NCBI GenBank assembly: GCA_019136515.1
Contig: JAGVUB010000164.1
Coordinates: 14,394-78,393 of the forward strand
Length of the DNA stretch: 64,000 bases
Origin: Verrucomicrobiota bacterium
Lineage (GTDB): Bacteria > Verrucomicrobiota > Verrucomicrobiia > Opitutales > Opitutaceae
Reading direction: 5' to 3'
The notes under the pieces are model-generated. The model made no database searches and had not been told where the DNA came from. It saw only the letters and a program-made list of their open reading frames with translations. Below, piece after piece: positions 63,053-64,000 of the stretch. The position numbers were made by a program, and so were the translations under genes. Positions within the stretch are counted from its first letter, which is position 1. Each line of letters begins with the position of its first letter.

Positions 63053-64000
63053 TCAGGCGAGCAGCTTGAGCAGGTCGGCGGTGGCCGGGATGTCCTTGAT
63101 GATCTGCGCGGGGAGCGGACCGACGCCGAGGTAGCGCAGATTCGGCAACACCGCGGGCAGGGGCTCGCCGGCGTAGGCGCAGGCGACGATCGCCTTCATC
63201 ATCGCGGCCACGTAGCGCTGCGCGGCAGCGGGAAGATCGGCCCACTGACGGGCTTCGGAGATGTCCTCGGCCCAACCGACGTGGCGCTCGTAGACGGGCG
63301 TGAGGGTCTTGCGGAACTCCTCGTGGCGCGGCACGTGGCGGAGGATCTTGCCATCGGCCGTGCGGTAACCGGTGCAGATGAGAAGATCGTCGTTCCACTC
63401 GTCGGCCCAGGTGAGCGCGTCGATCTTGTTGATCATGACGTCGTGGTAGCCGCCGTAGCGCAGGGCGTCGCCCTTCTCGACGGCGTCGAACCAGCCGACC
63501 ATGCGCTGGCGGCCGGTGGAGGTGCCGAACTCGATCTTCTTGAGCTTCTGGGCGAGCGGGTGGGCGTCGTCCATCTGCGTGAGGAAGGTGTGGGTGCCGA
63601 CCTTGGTGTCGTAGGCCTTGGCCACGCCGAACGTGTGCACCGGCTGGAGCGGGATGCCGATGGATTGGAAGATCTCGGGCGTGTAGGTGTGCGAGGCGGT
63701 GACGTTGGGCGAGAAGCCGCGGCGCTTGTCGAGCCAGTACGACTGGCCGAACTCGCCCACGACCGAATGTCCGGCGTGCAGCTCCTGCAGGACGACCTCG
63801 CGGACTTCGACAACGCGGGTGGCGAGGGCGTGGCCGGCCTGCCAGTACGCCTCGGTGAGTGCCTCGAGGTTGAGGGTGAAGGGCGCGCCGCCCTTGAAGC
63901 GGAGGAAGTCGAACTCGCTGGCGGGGAAGACGCCGGCCTCGATGGCCTCGGCGTTGGCGCGTTGTTCGGCGGCGGTGAGCTTGGTGAAGTAGCTGTCCCA
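63053..64000 (-). CDS. purA: Adenylosuccinate synthetase-like protein, 5' end outside the window
   Basis: [10 protein letters not shown] and [16 protein letters not shown] parallel the PurA motifs (AYTTRVG, EFGTTTGRPRRCGW). By my hand translation the frame stays open to nt 64000. Confidence 0.8.
   Translation of the reverse strand, partial: WDSYFTKLTAAEQRANAEAIEAGVFPASEFDFLRFKGGAPFTLNLEALTEAYWQAGHALATRVVEVREVVLQELHAGHSVVGEFGQSYWLDKRRGFSPNVTASHTYTPEIFQSIGIPLQPVHTFGVAKAYDTKVGTHTFLTQMDDAHPLAQKLKKIEFGTSTGRQRMVGWFDAVEKGDALRYGGYHDVMINKIDALTWADEWNDDLLICTGYRTADGKILRHVPRHEEFRKTLTPVYERHVGWAEDISEARQWADLPAAAQRYVAAMMKAIVACAYAGEPLPAVLPNLRYLGVGPLPAQIIKDIPATADLLKLLA

Noticed and set aside
1-64000. Search for CRISPR arrays, rRNA genes, transposase/IS elements, riboswitch-like leaders and parS sites
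   Set aside because: Reading both strands, I saw no regularly spaced short repeats, no rRNA-like sequence, no transposase motifs and no recognisable riboswitch cores. A systematic scan with Infernal/Rfam, CRISPRCasFinder and ISfinder would be needed to exclude them formally.

Overview
This is a high-GC bacterial chromosomal window. GC looks to be in the high 60s % by eye; I did not compute it. The gene content suggests a Verrucomicrobiota/Opitutales-like organism, which is inference only: mcsA-mcsB-clpC, a very large plug-domain TonB-dependent receptor, ydbH-ynbE-ydbL, and 'CACGGAT'-type palindromic repeats.

Most of the window is ordinary core genome:
- Cell division and signalling: ftsZ (3' part), hprK, a hybrid sensor kinase, and a LytS/LytTR two-component pair.
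- Metabolism: nitronate monooxygenase, an OpgC-like acyltransferase, aminotransferases including ilvE, cysE, ilvB and a purA-like gene.
- Protein quality control and RNA: mcsA-mcsB-clpC, pnp-rpsO, fmt.
- Envelope and transport: an MsbA-like ABC exporter, oppB/oppC-like permeases, ydbH-ynbE-ydbL, a TonB-dependent receptor, a LysM protein and parB.

Three accessory regions stand out.
1. An ~11.9 kb integrase-bearing island (48308-60199) is bounded by a perfect 39-bp direct repeat of the 5' half of tRNA-Arg(TCT). It carries one tight operon: type I hsdR, a fused hsdM-hsdS, and three extra genes. Those are an RNxxxH HEPN-like protein, a NucS-like PD-(D/E)xK nuclease fused to a possible PUA/EVE-like domain, and a second RNxxxH protein. 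This is my best candidate for an undescribed defence module.
2. An ~8.1 kb lower-GC insertion (32543-40884) is flanked by an imperfect direct repeat of the 3' end of a hexapeptide-repeat gene. It carries a six-gene envelope-lipoprotein operon that ends in a secreted protein with a pre-toxin-TG-like domain.
3. A small secreted tandem-repeat peptide gene sits next to a divergent YcaO-like ORF and the LytS/LytTR pair (7305-10794).

All family calls rest on motif recognition from memory. No searches were run. The many long ORFs antisense to real genes are treated as high-GC artefacts.
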